From the human T2T-CHM13v2.0 reference genome, Homo sapiens: DNA of 64,000 nucleotides. The translations under genes and the position numbers were made by a program. Positions within the stretch are counted from its first letter, which is position 1; every line of letters begins with the position of its first letter. The stretch lies in assembly GCF_009914755.1 (NCBI RefSeq), contig NC_060947.1; one strand, given 5' to 3'. The notes below the pieces were generated by a model. That model saw only the letters and a program-made list of their open reading frames with translations. It was not told the DNA's origin and searched no databases. Positions 1-18,289 of the stretch are shown here, piece after piece.

Positions 1-763
1 TTAGTTTCTTCTGAAGAAATTACTGTAGTCCTCTCAAATCTAACAAATAATGTTGGGAAACACATTGGTTTTTTTAAAGTTTCATGAAAATTGTTTTTGT
101 CCTGATGCTGTACTTAGGAAGATAGTATCAAGATTTTCTACCTGTAGTTTATTGGTAAAATGCATCATTTACCTTTTCTGTTTATTTTTATATCTCTGCT
201 TTTGAGTCAAATGTCTTTACGCCTCCTAAGTAGTAAGAAAGATGAAACCTAGGCTGTCCAGCCGTAACATTTCATAGGAGTTTAAGTTAATGTCTTCAAC
301 TCTGTATTTCACTCCCTTAGACAATAACTGCTATGATGGCATCAAATCTTGTATTCAGACATTAGAAAGAGGAAAATTACCTTTGTGAGCAATTGGCTTA
401 CATATACATTGTACTGATGGTATTGCCTGCATATTGGGGATATGAAAGGATGTGTCTTATTGTTTTATGCGTTAAGGATATAGGAAAGGCAAGACAGTCT
501 GATGATACTTTCACCAAAAAATTTTTAATTGGCAGTTTGGGAAAAAATTTTATCATTTTAGTCTTAACAGTCAGCAAGTCGGCTTTTTTTCAATTGTGAA
601 AAATTCAAAATCTTGGAGAATTTGGGAAAAGCAACTATAATTGTTGGGTTTTATTTTAATTTTCTAGGACTATGTCTTGAATTCAAAGCTGGATTATTTT
701 CTGCATTCAAACTATTCACTTAATTAACTCAGTGTCTTTATTATTTGCTCAGATTAATTATAG

Positions 764-1242
<479 letters not shown>

Positions 1243-1270
1243 GCTTTCAAAACACTTGTATTAAATCATA

Positions 1271-1549
1271 GCCGGGCGCAGTGGCTCACGCCTGTAATCC
1301 CAGCACTTTGGGAGGCTGAGGCGGGCGGATCACTTGAGGTCAGGAGTTCATGACCAACCTGGCCAACATAGTGAAACCCCATCTCTACTAAAAATACAAA
1401 AATTAGCAGGGCATGGTGACGGGTGCCTGTGATTTCAGCTGCTCGGGAGTCTGAGGCAGGAGAATCGCTTGAACCCGGGAGGTGGAGGTTGCAATGAGCC
1501 GAGATCGGGACATGGAAAGAGACTCTGTCTCAAAAAAAAAAAAAAAAAA
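1271..1549 (+). mobile_element. AluS with a small deletion near the 3' end
   Basis: gccgggcgcagtggctcacgcc start and A18 tail. Lacks the ccactgcactccagcctggg segment. Confidence 0.93.
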
Positions 1550-2134
1550 TCAGCATTCAAGGTCAATCATAACCAATTAACTAATTCCAATAATCAAATA
1601 CCCCAATATAATATTATCTTTATGCATGTCTGTAGATATATTATAGTACTTTAAACTTTTATAATTGAAAAAGGGAATATAAGTAATAAGAACCGGTTCT
1701 ACTTTGCATAAGCTTATGTCAGAACAGATAAACAACGATAGTTAACAACTAAATATATAAAAATCAAAGCATAAACATTCTGTATTAATATATTGTTAGC
1801 CCAACACAGACATGCAATAAGGAAAGATTACAAGAAATAAGAAGGAACTTGGCAAACAAAAAACCCCATCTGGGATTTAGAAAAAATTCCCTTACTTCTT
1901 AAAAATTCCCTTAATACTTAAACAGTTCTAGTGGAATCAGTGTTGGCATGTCTGATTCTATCTGGGGTAGAGTTATTTTATGTATTTTATGTGGCAGCCA
2001 TCCTAAAGAAGTTGTCTTGGCTTCCAAAAATACCATGTGAAGTCAGATATGTTGCTCTGTGCAGCAGATGACAGAGCTGAGGCAAGTTTCTTCTCGGATC
2101 CTGCCAAACTTATTTAGAGTTATTTCAGCTCTGA

Positions 2135-2191
2135 AAAATCAGCTTCCCAATTCTTTATACAAAATCAGCTTCCCAATTCTTTATACAAAAT
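2135..2191 (+). repeat. Perfect 26-bp tandem duplication
   Basis: aaaatcagcttcccaattctttatac x2 plus aaaat. Confidence 0.95.
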
Positions 2192-2394
2192 TGGAGGTGT
2201 TAGAAAATAGAAATTATGCTCACAGACTATATCTTTAAGTAAAAAAATATCCTGATACTTGTCCACATCTATTGGTGTAGGGAAATATGATTAATAATCA
2301 AGAATAGTTTTAGTAAAGTACTGTGTGCAACACAGGCAAAGTAGTAAGAACTGATTTTTTTAAAAAAACTTTTTAAAATTTACTCATTTGTAAG

Positions 2395-3330
2395 AATTTT
2401 TTTATTATCAAAAATGTTTAGACACGATGGAGAATATATTTCCTCAATATAATATAATGCTTCAAGCACCAGTACCTGCCATTCACTAATCCTTAGACCA
2501 TGTCTATAGATTTATTCTGTTCTAATCTGTTTAAAGTAAATCAGTAAAGTAAATAGATTCAAACCAATAGACATTTTTCTTGGTAAGTTGGATGCTAATA
2601 TGTGTGTTTCCTTTATTATATATTGTTGAACTTCTAACTATTTTCATAATATCATATTTAACTTTTAGGACTCTAATATTTTCTAGTATAAACGAGCCCA
2701 CATGTATCTTTCTGCCAGCTTCGGCAGTTATTAACATTTTGCCAATTTTTTCATCTAAGCAGTCCACTTTTAGGGGAAGTATTTTAAAGTACATCCCAGG
2801 CATCCTATCATTTCATCCATAACCTTTCAGCCTGCCTTTAACGGATGATGACTCATTAAACACGACCACAATACTGTTATAATTCCTAACAAAATAACAC
2901 TAATTTCTGATATCTGGTTGGTATTCAGTTGTTTCTAATTCTTTTCATTATAGTTGATTTAAATTAGTTAGGATGTCTTCTAAGACTTTTTAAATTTGTA
3001 ACAATTTTCCTTGACCTGTTTTTGAAATGTTATTTTTTTGTTGAAGAAACTGAGGCATTTGTTTTGTTGAATTTCCTAAATTCTGGGTTTTTCTGGTTAT
3101 ATCTTATCCTCATGATGTCATTAACTTGTTCAGATGTCTTCCAATTTTCTATAAACTGCTAATTAGGTCCATGGCGTTGATTAGATTCAGAATCCTTTTT
3201 TTTTGTTTGGGTTTTTTTTTTGGCAAAAACACTTCATAAACAGCGCTTGGTACTTCCTGTGGCATCATATTGCATCCAGTATCTATTGTTCTCTGTTTTA
3301 ATGGTGTTAAGATTGTTCAGTGGAGCAATC
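2395..3330 (-). mobile_element. Old L1 (L1ME-like) 3' fragment, split by the 250-bp insertion
   Basis: Antisense L1M 3'-end motifs (gagaatagtata...cccacatgta, attaacattttgcca, gattagattcag, cttcctgtggcatcatat). Confidence 0.6.
2435..2684 (+). repeat. Inserted copy of 995-1242
   Basis: Interrupts an L1ME-like sequence (gagaa|ta ... t|agtataaacgagcccacatgta). Confidence 0.92.
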
Positions 3331-4018
3331 TGATTCTTTAAGGTTGAAATATTTATAAATTTTCCCCATTCTCAGGAGCCTCTTACCATCTTCCAAAACT
3401 TTTAAGATGACAGAAGATTAATATGTAATCCACAATGTGTTCTTCTTTAAAGAAATGATCCATTATTTTCCACTTCTTAAGTCCTTTATCCTTTTCTTTT
3501 GGTTTCTCTAAATTTGATGTAATGTGTATTGAATTACAAAAACCAAAGTGACACACTAGTTAAATAAAGTTCTCTTCAGTAGGATTGTTTTACTTAGGAT
3601 ATCTGCATTTTCAGATGTTTAGGGTTTTATCCTTTTCCTGACAGACAGACTGTAAATAAAAATTTTCCCTGAAACACTCAGAAACTCTCTTCTTATTAAC
3701 TGTTTGAGTATTTCACTGTTGTGGATCATGTGCTACATTTTGGAGGTATTTGTTTAAATACCTAAAGCAGATATTACTCTTTTTATACTACAATCAATCC
3801 AGAAGTAATTCTTTTTTTTTTTTTTCAAGCCCTGGGCTGTCCCAGCCCAAGAGTAATTCTTCAATATCTATTTTGTCTCAGTATACATGTTTATTTTACA
3901 TGATTACTATATCTGATAAATCTGTGCCTCTATTTAAGCTTTTGAAAATGGAGTATGTATACTTAGCCAGTTTAAAGGAGTATTAATGTCTGTAAATATC
4001 ACTTAAAATACATACTAT

Positions 4019-4128
4019 GGCTGGTCCAAATGCAGTTGTGCTTACAATTAATTGAACACAACCAGTTACAGAATTCTTTGTTCCTTCTCTATTCCCACTA
4101 CATCACTTGACTAGCCTTAAAAAAAAAA
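4019..4128 (+). pseudogene. Y3 RNA (RNY3) processed pseudogene
   Basis: ggctggtcc...cacaaccagttacaga.ttctttgttccttctc...tcacttgactagcctt (about 11 differences from recalled hY3). A10 tail and TSD aaaatacatacta (4005-4017, 4125-4137) at a TT|AAAA site. Confidence 0.93.
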
Positions 4129-5258
4129 TACATACTAGATTAATTTTGATGGCAGGCTTAGCCCCTGGGTCTGTGGACATTTAAGAAAGCTATGGATTGA
4201 TGGTATTTTATATGTTTCTAGGTAACTTCGTTATCCTTCATTGTAAGTAGGAGTGAAAGATATGGTCAGATATACTATTACAGAGTGTCCAATGATCCAA
4301 AAGTTATTCATGTTCAATTTAGAGTAGAATTCAGTACACATAACTAAATTCTAGGAATTTATACCATTTCAGAGCAATAAAGCCACCTAGGAAAGATCAC
4401 ACCCTGGAAGTGCTTGTAAACCATCTCCACCAATTATCTCTAGCCTCTTATTTCATATCCTGTCTCTCTCAGATGCAGTATTAGATTTAAACTCTTTGAA
4501 GGTTAAACGGCCTTTTGGGGAAACTCCAAGAAGAACACTGAGTGAGGGCTTAGAGCCCTTTGTACCTGGAATAGATCTCTGGTCTTATCTGGGTCAGAAC
4601 AGAAAAACATACACTCTTCCCCCATTCATATTGAAGCCTCTGCTTTTAGGGTTGCTGGCTGTCCATACACCACTCAGTGATTTAAATAGAACTGAAAGTT
4701 TTAGACAATAACTAGTATGGCTCTTTTGGGGGACTATTTTCCTAGCAAGTACTTTGTATTTTCACTCTTTATTTTGAGGGAGGCACTCCTTATTTCATAT
4801 ATGCATAAAGCTAAATTCCTTTTTGATGAAAGCATTGTCTTGAGTAAGAAAGGCTGTCCTTAGCAAGTCCAGCATTTGAACTACATTTTAAGGAGCACGA
4901 GACAGAATGCTAAGGCAACTCTGCTTAAAATGAAGCTGTGAGCCCAGACTCAGGCATCCACCGTGAACAGTTTACATTCCTGTTCAAAGGAGGTGAGGGT
5001 TTATGCCCTTACCTGCCTGGCAACAGAAATATTAAACTGTCTTACGTATCTTTAACTGGAATGAGAGAAGACCCTTCTTGACCCAGTTTAAGATAATAAA
5101 AGGAAAACTCTGGGAATCTTTTCAACAAACTTTGAGAACTCAGATTTTTTTTATGCCCAAATTGCTCTAATATTTGAAAAGCAAAAAGACCTTTTTTTGT
5201 TATTATGAGCATCAAGTTATGGTCCAAGGTTTCTTTGCTATCCTAAATTGAAGAGTAA

Positions 5259-5636
<378 letters not shown>

Positions 5637-6466
5637 TCGTGTGTGTGTGTGTGTTTAATTTTACTACTTGTTACTAGGCAATGATGGCATAAAGTCAGCA
5701 ACAGAACTGAGAATAAATAGGCTTGCTTCCCTGTGTTGGAGCCCTAGCTATGTGTTATATATTTAATAAGCTAGGGTAAGAAAATTGTTCAGTTCATATT
5801 AGAGATACAGAAAGTGGTAAGCACTGTGAACTAGAGACTGAAAAAATCTCTTCTCTCCAGCTTTATTCCACAGTCACCTCTGGTCTAGACCATTCTTTGT
5901 AGACTGGACTATTTCTGTGACTATCTTCGGGCTCATCTTAGGGTACATTCAAAATATACAAGTTCTCCCTGTAGTAACATTATGAAACTTTTCTGGCCTT
6001 AAATTTTTCTGATTGTCTCCCACACTGGGGATATTTAAAGGACAATTCTAATCTTCTAGAGTTAAATTGAACCCATAAATTCCCCTGGGGACATCCTATT
6101 GCAATCTTGAATATTAGTTCCAAAGTAGAATTGTATTGGCCTCTCGTAATTAATAAAAATACATGAATGTAAAAATTATCTGTGTTGCACCCCCTCATCT
6201 TATAGATTAAGAATCAAGTCACAGAAATTGGTTGAGTAACTTGTTCTTTATGTGACCCAGTAGAAAAGATTCTAAAATTAACTGTTTAAGCCTATAACTT
6301 TTTAAAATAGTGATAGAGAAATATCAAGTTTACTTCTCACATGCAAACAAAATATTTCACTCTTTATTGGAAAATTCAGTATGTTAGGAGGTACTTAATC
6401 TTGTCAGGGAGGCCACAGCCATGGATTTCTGTTTTGCTTGGAATAAATGCCAGAGGAAGAAAAAAC

Positions 6467-6835
6467 CAGAGATCACAAATTGGTGGCAGCCTCCAGGCCA
6501 AATCCAGCCTTAGCAGATGTATTTGCTTTGGCTTGCCCAGTGTTTTTAAATTTTTAATTGGCTGCCAATGTTTAAACTTCAACAGGCTTCACATGAAGGT
6601 TCAGATTTCTGGTTTCTGTTGGGACAAAATGGAAGATCTGTCGATTCTGGGCCCCAAATTGAGTGGCCTGGCTGCTAACCCCCTAGAACAGGCCATGTAT
6701 TTTCTAGTTCCTCACAGTTCCCACCACTTTGTTTTTTCTGCATATGATCCACTTCATTTATTTGGTACCAGCTTGGCCCATTTAAGCATTTATATTAGCA
6801 AACATGCCGTATCATTAGCGATAATAAATTCCTGA
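6467..6835. mobile_element. hAT-Charlie MITE, MER102-like
   Basis: cagagatcacaaattggtggcagcctccaggccaaatccagcc...cagatttctggtttc...ggaagatctg. Confidence 0.6.
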
Positions 6836-6939
6836 CTTCCAATTCTGTATTGTACCCAGTCCTCTTAAGAAAAGTTAGTAATTAAGCATCAGCTGTAAAC
6901 ATTTTAAGATCATTACTGATGCAAAGGCAAATCGGGTAT

Positions 6940-7420
6940 AACATCATTTATGTATTCAGTGTATATTGAGTAATCCACCTTATATAAGACACTGAGAAAC
7001 CTTTCCCTCAGGGAGCTCAAAGTTGAGTCAGAAAAACAGACCATACCCACATTATTACAGTACAAGTTTAAATTTAAGTAATGACAGGCAATACTGGGAA
7101 ATGATAACAGTCTTGACTGAGAAGATGAAGGCAGGTTTCACAGCATCAGCCCTTGAACTGGCCGTCAACAGTGAGTTTACTTTTAGGACGTCAAGATGGA
7201 CATGGACCTCAGCACCATAGAATAGAAGGTGGTCAAGGAACTGCCAGTAATTCAGTTTAGGAAGAGAATCATATGAGATAAGGTAGTTTAAAAGTGAGAA
7301 GGAATTAGTCTGCACTCAAGAGGGAATAGGTAAGGAGAAAAATGAGGAGGAGGTAAAAATCCATGGGACTTGGCAATCTGATCAAAGAGAATACTGAGGG
7401 TTTTAGCTTGGATTGATTTT
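6940..7420 (-). mobile_element. L2 fragment
   Basis: tcatttatgtattcagtgtatattgagt...ccctcagggagctcaaagtt. Confidence 0.55.
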
Positions 7421-7594
7421 TCTAAAGAATTCCTAAACAACTTTTTACCTTATACTTTACCATTAGGGCTGACAGATGATTATAGGCTAGCATTTGTCTG
7501 TGTCATTAGATGCTCACAGTCTCCTTTAATATTTTAAATACTGCTCCTCACTCAAAATTAAATACCCATTCAGTTATGATAAGAAGACAGAACA

Positions 7595-7890
<296 letters not shown>

Positions 7891-8471
7891 GAAAACAGAA
7901 CAAAGAACAAAATTACCCATACAGCCAATCACCAGTTAGTTTCCTTTGCCTCTGTTTGGTTCTTTGCTATGTTTTGGCCAAGGAGATAGAGCGACAGTGT
8001 ATGCCTAGGGGAAATCCAGTATAACCAATACAAAGATGTCTTCCTCAAACAATAGAGTAAAACAAAACAAAAAACTATTTAAAAACAAGCAAGCAAAAAC
8101 TTTGGCTGAAATACAAAATTTTTATAAAATTAAAATTACATTGCATATCAACTAAGTTTTTCATGCTAAGTGCTCCTGAAAGCACTCTTGTAATAGAAAA
8201 GCTTTTTGTAGTCCTGAGAAACAGGGATAATTTGGCGCTTGAGTCTATTTTCATCAGCACATCTGAGTATGGTAGTTTATATTCAAGATTCACATTTAAT
8301 TGGTCCTTGCCACCCATAAATTTATACTTTACCAGTTTGATGTGTTGGAATGCAGCAAACATTCCTAAATAAATACATGAAATCATTTTTTGTCCCACCT
8401 TATAAGTGAAGTAGATTCCTTATTCTGCTCCCAAATAAAGCAGTCTACTAAAGAACTTTAAAAAATAAATA

Positions 8472-8764
8472 AGCCAGGCGCAATAGCTCACGCCTGTAAT
8501 CTCAGCACTTTGGGAGGCCGAGGTGGGCAGATCACTTGAGGTCAGGAGTTCGAGACCAGCCTGGCCAACATGGTGAAACCCCATGTCTACTAAAAATACA
8601 AAAATTAGCCGGGTGCAGTGGCGCATGCCTGTAGTCCCAGCTACTCAGGAGGCTGAGGCAGGAGAATTGCTTGAGCCCAGGAGGTGGAGGTTACAGTGAG
8701 CAGAGATCGTGCCACTGTACTCCAGCCTGGGTGACAGAGCGAGACTCTATCTAAATAAATAAAT
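8472..8764 (+). mobile_element. AluS
   Basis: Full dimer with (TAAA)n tail. Confidence 0.95.
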
Positions 8765-9334
8765 GGAATGAACAGTTGCCCCATTGCTGTTGTCTTCCAA
8801 AAATGGTAACTGGATTACTGGTGTACAGGCGGGTATGTGCACATCTGTGGGTCAAATTGGGCATCTCTGGTTCTCTAGGGGGAGCCCCAAAGTAAGCCTG
8901 GGGTAGAATCGGTATTTGGATATAATGGGGATGTCTTAGGCAACCTCTGGCCCCCTCTGTTTACCAGCACCACAGTGCAGGGGTTCAGCAGTAATGTTGG
9001 ATCATTGGCATTCAGGCACATAATAGTAGTTCATTAAATGTTTGTGCTTGACCAGCCAGACTTATTATTGTGAAACCTACTGAGACACTGCAACTCCGGC
9101 TTTATGGGTAGCTCAGTTTATATGAGGACAACTAACCTAGGGTAACTGCTGCTTCATGATTTAAAATTGAATGGATCTCTTTTGGTAATGTAAAATCAAA
9201 CTGCAGCAAGTAGCCCTCAAGCTGAACTCTGAATTATACAGTTGCTTCTAAATTCATATGCCATTTTACTTATTCTTTTTGTCTTAAAGGCATTTTTTGT
9301 TACAAATGTATTTTTATATAAGAGACTCTAATAA

Positions 9335-9460
<126 letters not shown>

Positions 9461-9808
9461 TGAAGCAGTCTTGCTTGTCTGATATAATTACTAAAAAATA
9501 AGCATATAGAGCTAAAATGGAATCTATGGAAACTTCTCTCTTTTGCTCTATTTGTATCATTTTATTAAAATCTCTACATTTCACATGTCACATTTCATCT
9601 GAAAATCTTTAAAAATTTATAGTGATAATATCTTATTTGACCCAAATGGGGTACTTGAATCTATTTTATAGTAGATGCACATAAATGGCATTTCTTTTAT
9701 ATGAACCTCATTCCTGATATGCTAGGTGACATGAAAAATATTGAAGGAATGTAACTTAGGTTTTTCTTAATCATTTTTAATATTGACTGATTAATATTTT
9801 ATTTATAG

Positions 9809-10039
<231 letters not shown>

Positions 10040-10519
10040 TAAGATCACATATAGTCTCAGTGGTAGAGACTCACTACAAATCCTTGAATTAATACATTTA
10101 TTATAAATTTGATCATTTATCAAAGTCTTGTTAACTTGTTCTTAAGCATTAAGTGAAAATTATGCAGTAGGAAAATAATCTGAATTTATAAAGTAAGGTG
10201 GAGCTGAATCCATGCCTGCCTATGGAGAGTGACACATTTTTCCTTCCCTACCATTTATGCCCAGGTCAAATAGGTGATCTCTCAGATGTCCTCTGAGAGT
10301 TTATTAAATTTATACAAGCTCCCCAAAACAGGCAAGAGCAACATACCCTAGAGAATGCCAGGATGCATGGGGATGTAACTGTAATTTATGTGTGACACAT
10401 GACTTTCATATGAATATACTTTCAAAACTGGGCCAGCATAATCATTTTAGCAGTGGCAGCATCATTGGACTAAGTTCTTTATGGCTAAAGATCATGTAGT
10501 CTAACTCATTTTGTTGTAC

Positions 10520-11565
<1,046 letters not shown>

Positions 11566-12174
11566 TATGTCACTCTTTAAAAGACTCTCTCATTGCTCCA
11601 TAGTCATATCCTGAGATACAACCGAGGTCATTTTTCTTATCTATTAGTTTGACACTAAATTACTGTAGACTGTAACTATGAAATAAAACCTCAACAAATG
11701 AATAAATGTCCCTAGTGGGGGTAATTCAGGAATGTGTACTGTGAGTTCTGACTAATTACAGGATAGTTTTAAAATGTTTTGAACAAAAACAGGATTATGG
11801 AATCCACAGAGTAGATGAGACTTTAAATCCCCTCATCTTAATCCTTGGTTTAGCCATGAAGAAAAAAAAAAGACCTGAAAGAGGTTAAGTAGTATAATAG
11901 TAGGAGTAAATGTAATTTTAAGGTTATACCTCTTTGAAAGGGTAAGGACTCTTAATGTAAATTTCTTACTCTCGCCTCAAAATGTAAGTACACACTGGGA
12001 CGTATTTTTTCATTCTGCTGTTTTTATTAGATGTTCTAGAAGTATTGATTGCTTTTATATATGAGGTATATGGCCTGCATATGTTTAGGAAGGGCTTTCT
12101 CAATCAGTTTAATCTGCTAGCCCAATTTTTAACCATATGGTAGAATTCATAATGCTGTTGATTCTCTGGTATGA

Positions 12175-13967
<1,793 letters not shown>

Positions 13968-16735
13968 TGTTTGCACTCATCTGACAGAATCCCTGAGTTA
14001 CAGTATACAGCTATGTGGTAATATTCATTGCCATTGAAATTCTTACTTGGTATGAAATATAAAGTGTTTCCTTAAAATTACATCTTAGCCAACAACCCTG
14101 AGCTCCTCCCATATCCAGAGTACCCAAACTCTGTGGTAGAAGATAAGCAGAAGAAATGAAAGGCATAGTCCCTGACTATATTCTAATTTAGGACTGAATG
14201 TACCCAGATGCTTGTGGAATAATATCTAAGCAAGTGCAAATTCATGTAATACCGTTTTGTCTGATTACATATTGTGTTGAAATAGTATAAAGGAGAACAG
14301 AACTGGGTGGAATTAATTGGGAAAAACTTCTTACAAAAGCATCATTAATCAAAATTTGAAGGAGACCAGACTTTGGCCAAGTGGAAGGATGACCATTGTC
14401 TTGGCCTGTATCTCTTGTCCTTTGTCTTGTTTGAAAAGTATTTTAAAACTTAATGGTGTATTATTTTGTGCTCTGAAAGCTGAGGTCTGATTACAATTAG
14501 TAAAATTCTATAGAAGAATCTGCTGACGTGAAAGGGAAAAATCTTTGTCAAATGATACCAAATAAATGAACAAAACAGGAAGTAGGGCCTATGATATCGT
14601 GAGACATGTTTTGCCCCACAAGAGTTGCATCTTTTATAAGGTGTCTCTGCCCCCTCATAAAGCAGCACTAGCTTTGACATCCACGGTGAGCTGCAGGAAG
14701 CATCACACACCAGCAGCATGTGAGCAGAGGGAGGCAGTTGGGGTTGAACTTCGGAACTAGGCCGGGTCTCCTGACAGATCACAAGACACCCCAGAGGATC
14801 TTCAGCAGTCCTACTTCCCATTCTCTATAGAGCTTTGAAGCTTGGAACCCTTCCAGGGTAAACATTTTCTCTTGTGCTGCTCAGGACATCTGGGGCCTAG
14901 CTCCTGGGTTCCTGTCTCCAAGAAGCAATGACCTTAAACTCTGAGCCATACTCTGTCCTCACCAGCGGCTCCCATGTTTTTCTGTGTCAGGTTATTAAGT
15001 ACCTAGTCCTTGTTTTCTGTCTCTCTCCTAAGCTACCTCTCTGGGTCCACAGAAGACTTGGTAGTATAGTGAGAATGGCTATACGTGAGTACAAACGTGG
15101 ATTTTCCAGGGCTTGGGAACTGATTCTTGAGCCCAGAAGAGCCACGCCTGCTTTGAGGTCTTTTGGAGTGGAGATGCAGCCCTGGGAAATTTGGGGAGTC
15201 AGCAGGCCAGTGTGAAGCTATTGGTCCTAGGAGTATATGAGCTTGCTGTTTCTTTGATGGAAAATACATGCTTCTCTTGTATACTCAGAAGTGACTAAGG
15301 GCAATAACTCATTAATAGCCATCTATCCAACTTCTTTACTGAGTGATGTATTCCATGGGGTTACCTTTTTCAGATTATTGAGTTGCTCTGTAAGCACTAA
15401 AACTTTTTAATCATTTTTAAGAAACTTTTTAGATTGTATTACAAATTTGCCTTAACAGTAATTAGATGTTGAATATAATTTTAACATTTTATTAATGACT
15501 TGGGTCATCAGTTAATACCAGTACTAAAACCATACGAATTATTGGTTTATTCCAGAAAATACAGTATTTGTTCTATTTTTAGGTAGACAATCATTTGGGA
15601 TCAGAGTACATTAGCATAGTAATGCTCAGTCAGACCTGTTCAAGTAGTAGAGCTTGGAGAATGCCATGAAATACTTATATAATTAATTTGATTGCATGAA
15701 CTAAGCAATTTTACTAATGAAAAGGTTGTATATGTGCAAGTCACTTTTTTAAAAACCAAGAAAAAACTTTAATAGAGGAAATCTTATTCATTAATTTATT
15801 TTTCTGAGTAAAAAAACGAAACCCAAATCTCATTTTATTTCAACTGTTAAACATTTTGATCTGTTGACCCATAGGATCAGGATTTGGGAACCACTTTACT
15901 AGGAAAGAGCAGATCAGTACCATTTGTATAAAACCGGCCTCATTATGTAAGAAAGAAAATGTTACGTGTTTTCTTCTTTAGCTTGGTTGTGGGCACTTCT
16001 ACAGCAAGGACCATATCATATTCATCTTTGCATCCCTGGCACAGTGCATGAGACATAAGTACTTAATAAATGCAGTTGAATGGATAATGATTAGTGTTAT
16101 TTATGGATTAGAAAAAGCATGTTTCTATTTAAGTAAGCTGTAAAAAGTATTATTGAATATTTACTGTAAATATATGTTCACATAAAAAAATAACTTGGAG
16201 GGTCTTTGTGTCCCTGGCATATTATCATCTTCATGGAAAGAATCCACTGTGGTTTCTGTAGAGTGATTGGAAAAATGGATTATTTTGAGGATTGAAGAAA
16301 GTGTTCTTTCTGCGTTGTCACTTTGTTCAACAGTAAAACTTTATTCTCAGTGTTCCTACTCTGCATTGTTTACATTTTTGACAGTTTTTTTTAATCACCT
16401 ACAATCTGTAAAGAATGTATATATTCTTTTCAGCATCTCAGTTTGAAAAGACATGCAGTTAAACTTGACCTTTTGATAATCGCTCTTACAGGTCATTGTC
16501 TGTTCTAACAGCAAATTGTAAACATGTGCTTCATAGATATTGTGGCTCTCAGTCATCACTTTGTCCTATGGTATTTATTGAATGTTCACATACTAATGGT
16601 GCACAGGTGTTTTTTTCTATAAATCTTCTGACTGTCCTGTAATTCATTCTTAAGCTTTAACTTGAAGGTATCGTAATTGCCGGCATTTGATGTTTAGCAA
16701 TAAAAGAATAAATGTGTACCAGCATTTTATGTTTA
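13968..16735 (+). other. MBTPS2: MBTPS2 3'UTR (~2.75 kb; end approximate)
   Basis: AU-rich, Alu-free stretch from the stop codon to the tandem polyA signals. Confidence 0.8.
16008..16090 (+). mobile_element. L2 3' end within the 3'UTR
   Basis: catctttgcatccctggcacagtgc...gtacttaataaatgcagttgaatgga. Confidence 0.65.
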
Positions 16736-16760
16736 TCATCGTCTATGTGTTGTCTTTTTT
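16699..16760 (+). terminator. MBTPS2: Polyadenylation signal: tandem AATAAA plus GU/U-rich downstream element
   Basis: AATAAA at 16699-16704 and 16707-16712, followed by gtctatgtgttgtctttttt at 16741-16760. Confidence 0.82.
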
Positions 16761-18289
16761 GAAACTCTTTTCTATCAAAATTGTTCCTATTACATAAAGC
16801 AAGATCTTAATCATTTTTAAATTCTTGATTCTAGAACCAGCCTTCAGTTTTCATTCGTATAATCTATACCTGAAAGTCGTTGCAGGCCTTGAAAATAAGT
16901 CTTTTAAATGAGGCTCCTGTGCACTCGCTACTGTCTTGGAAATGGCTGGTTTATGGATAAAGAAAGAGGACTATCATGTTTCCTTTCATTACTGTGTCTG
17001 ACAGAAAAGTCTGCTGTCAGTTAGGAATTCTTGAAAGAGAATGTTTTAACTATGGCATTTGGTTCTTCTTGACCTTTTGCCCTAGTGCTTCCTCCCATAC
17101 TCTCTCTCTCTCTTTCTCTCTCTGGTAGTAAGGGCCAGATAAAATAGGCTAGGAATGTAGCCCAGTTTTTGACTGGTTAGCTTCATTCCACTACTTCTTG
17201 CCTCTGATCCCATTACACTACAGTTAAGAGCCACAAGACTAGATGACTGATTAAGCCACTTTTTAACAGCTTTATTGAGATATAATTAAATACTATCAAA
17301 TTCTCTCTTTATGTGTTAACTTTGAAGTATTTAATTCCATGTAAACTATTTTTCTCTTAATGTCGGATCAAACAGTATGCATATGCTTTCGTATAATCTA
17401 ACTTTTTAAGTAAATGTGCATGTGATAAAAGACTGGGGGGGAATGTGTTTTAGTTATTTCACAACTTTTTTAACTCTGGAATGGTTTTCAGCAACGTAAT
17501 AGAGTTGAATAACAGTTATTTTTAAGCATGTAAATATACTTTCTTTGAGACAATAAGCCTTTTTAATCAGTGCATTTGCAAGCTACTCTTGCTGTTGGGG
17601 TCATACTAATTTGAATAATCCATTGTATATTTTATCAGACCATGACATATGAATTCAATGAAAGGAAACGCCTCTGTTTCAGAACTCAGTGCTACAATAA
17701 GTTATACTTGGGGTGGAGGTAGGAAAAAAATGGCTAATTACGAAGCAGGTTATATTGTATAATTTAATTTTCCATTAAAGGGAGGAAAAAACACCCATAT
17801 ATGTTAGTTTTATTTAGCTAAAGATTGATGGATAGTCAATAATTGTCCCTTCTTATTAACTGAATGCTTCTCAAACTTTTCTACTGACATGCTCCTGACA
17901 CTGTAGAGGAGGGAAAACCTAGAAGGATCTAAGAGTAGAACCCTGTAATTGGCTCTCCACAGTATAAAATTGAACTCTCACTTTATCTTAAATTTAGCAT
18001 CCTATTAATCTAATCAAGCATTCTAAAGCTAATTCTCTTAAAGATATGGAACTCTAAAAGAATTAGACTCTAAGAATATTAAGAATTTCTTCATTTCTAA
18101 AACACATTCTGGTTTGTAGACTAGTGACAGTCTATGGTGGTATTTTTGTCCATCCAAAGTGAAATGAGAAAAATAAAGATCGTGTATATTGTCTTTAATT
18201 ACAAAGTAAACATAATGTTTGTGTAATGTTATAAGGCTTCCTGCTGCCCTTTATCAAAGAGCCCCCCCTTTATTTGGAGTATGGAAACA

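Noticed and set aside
6341-6835. 164-aa ORF in intron 7
   Set aside because: Overlaps a MER102-like repeat; no recognisable protein or supporting gene structure.
14600-15240. GC-richer block in the 3'UTR with short ORFs (14928-15215)
   Set aside because: Cannot assign it; probably an old LTR remnant. No supportable coding or RNA-gene signal.
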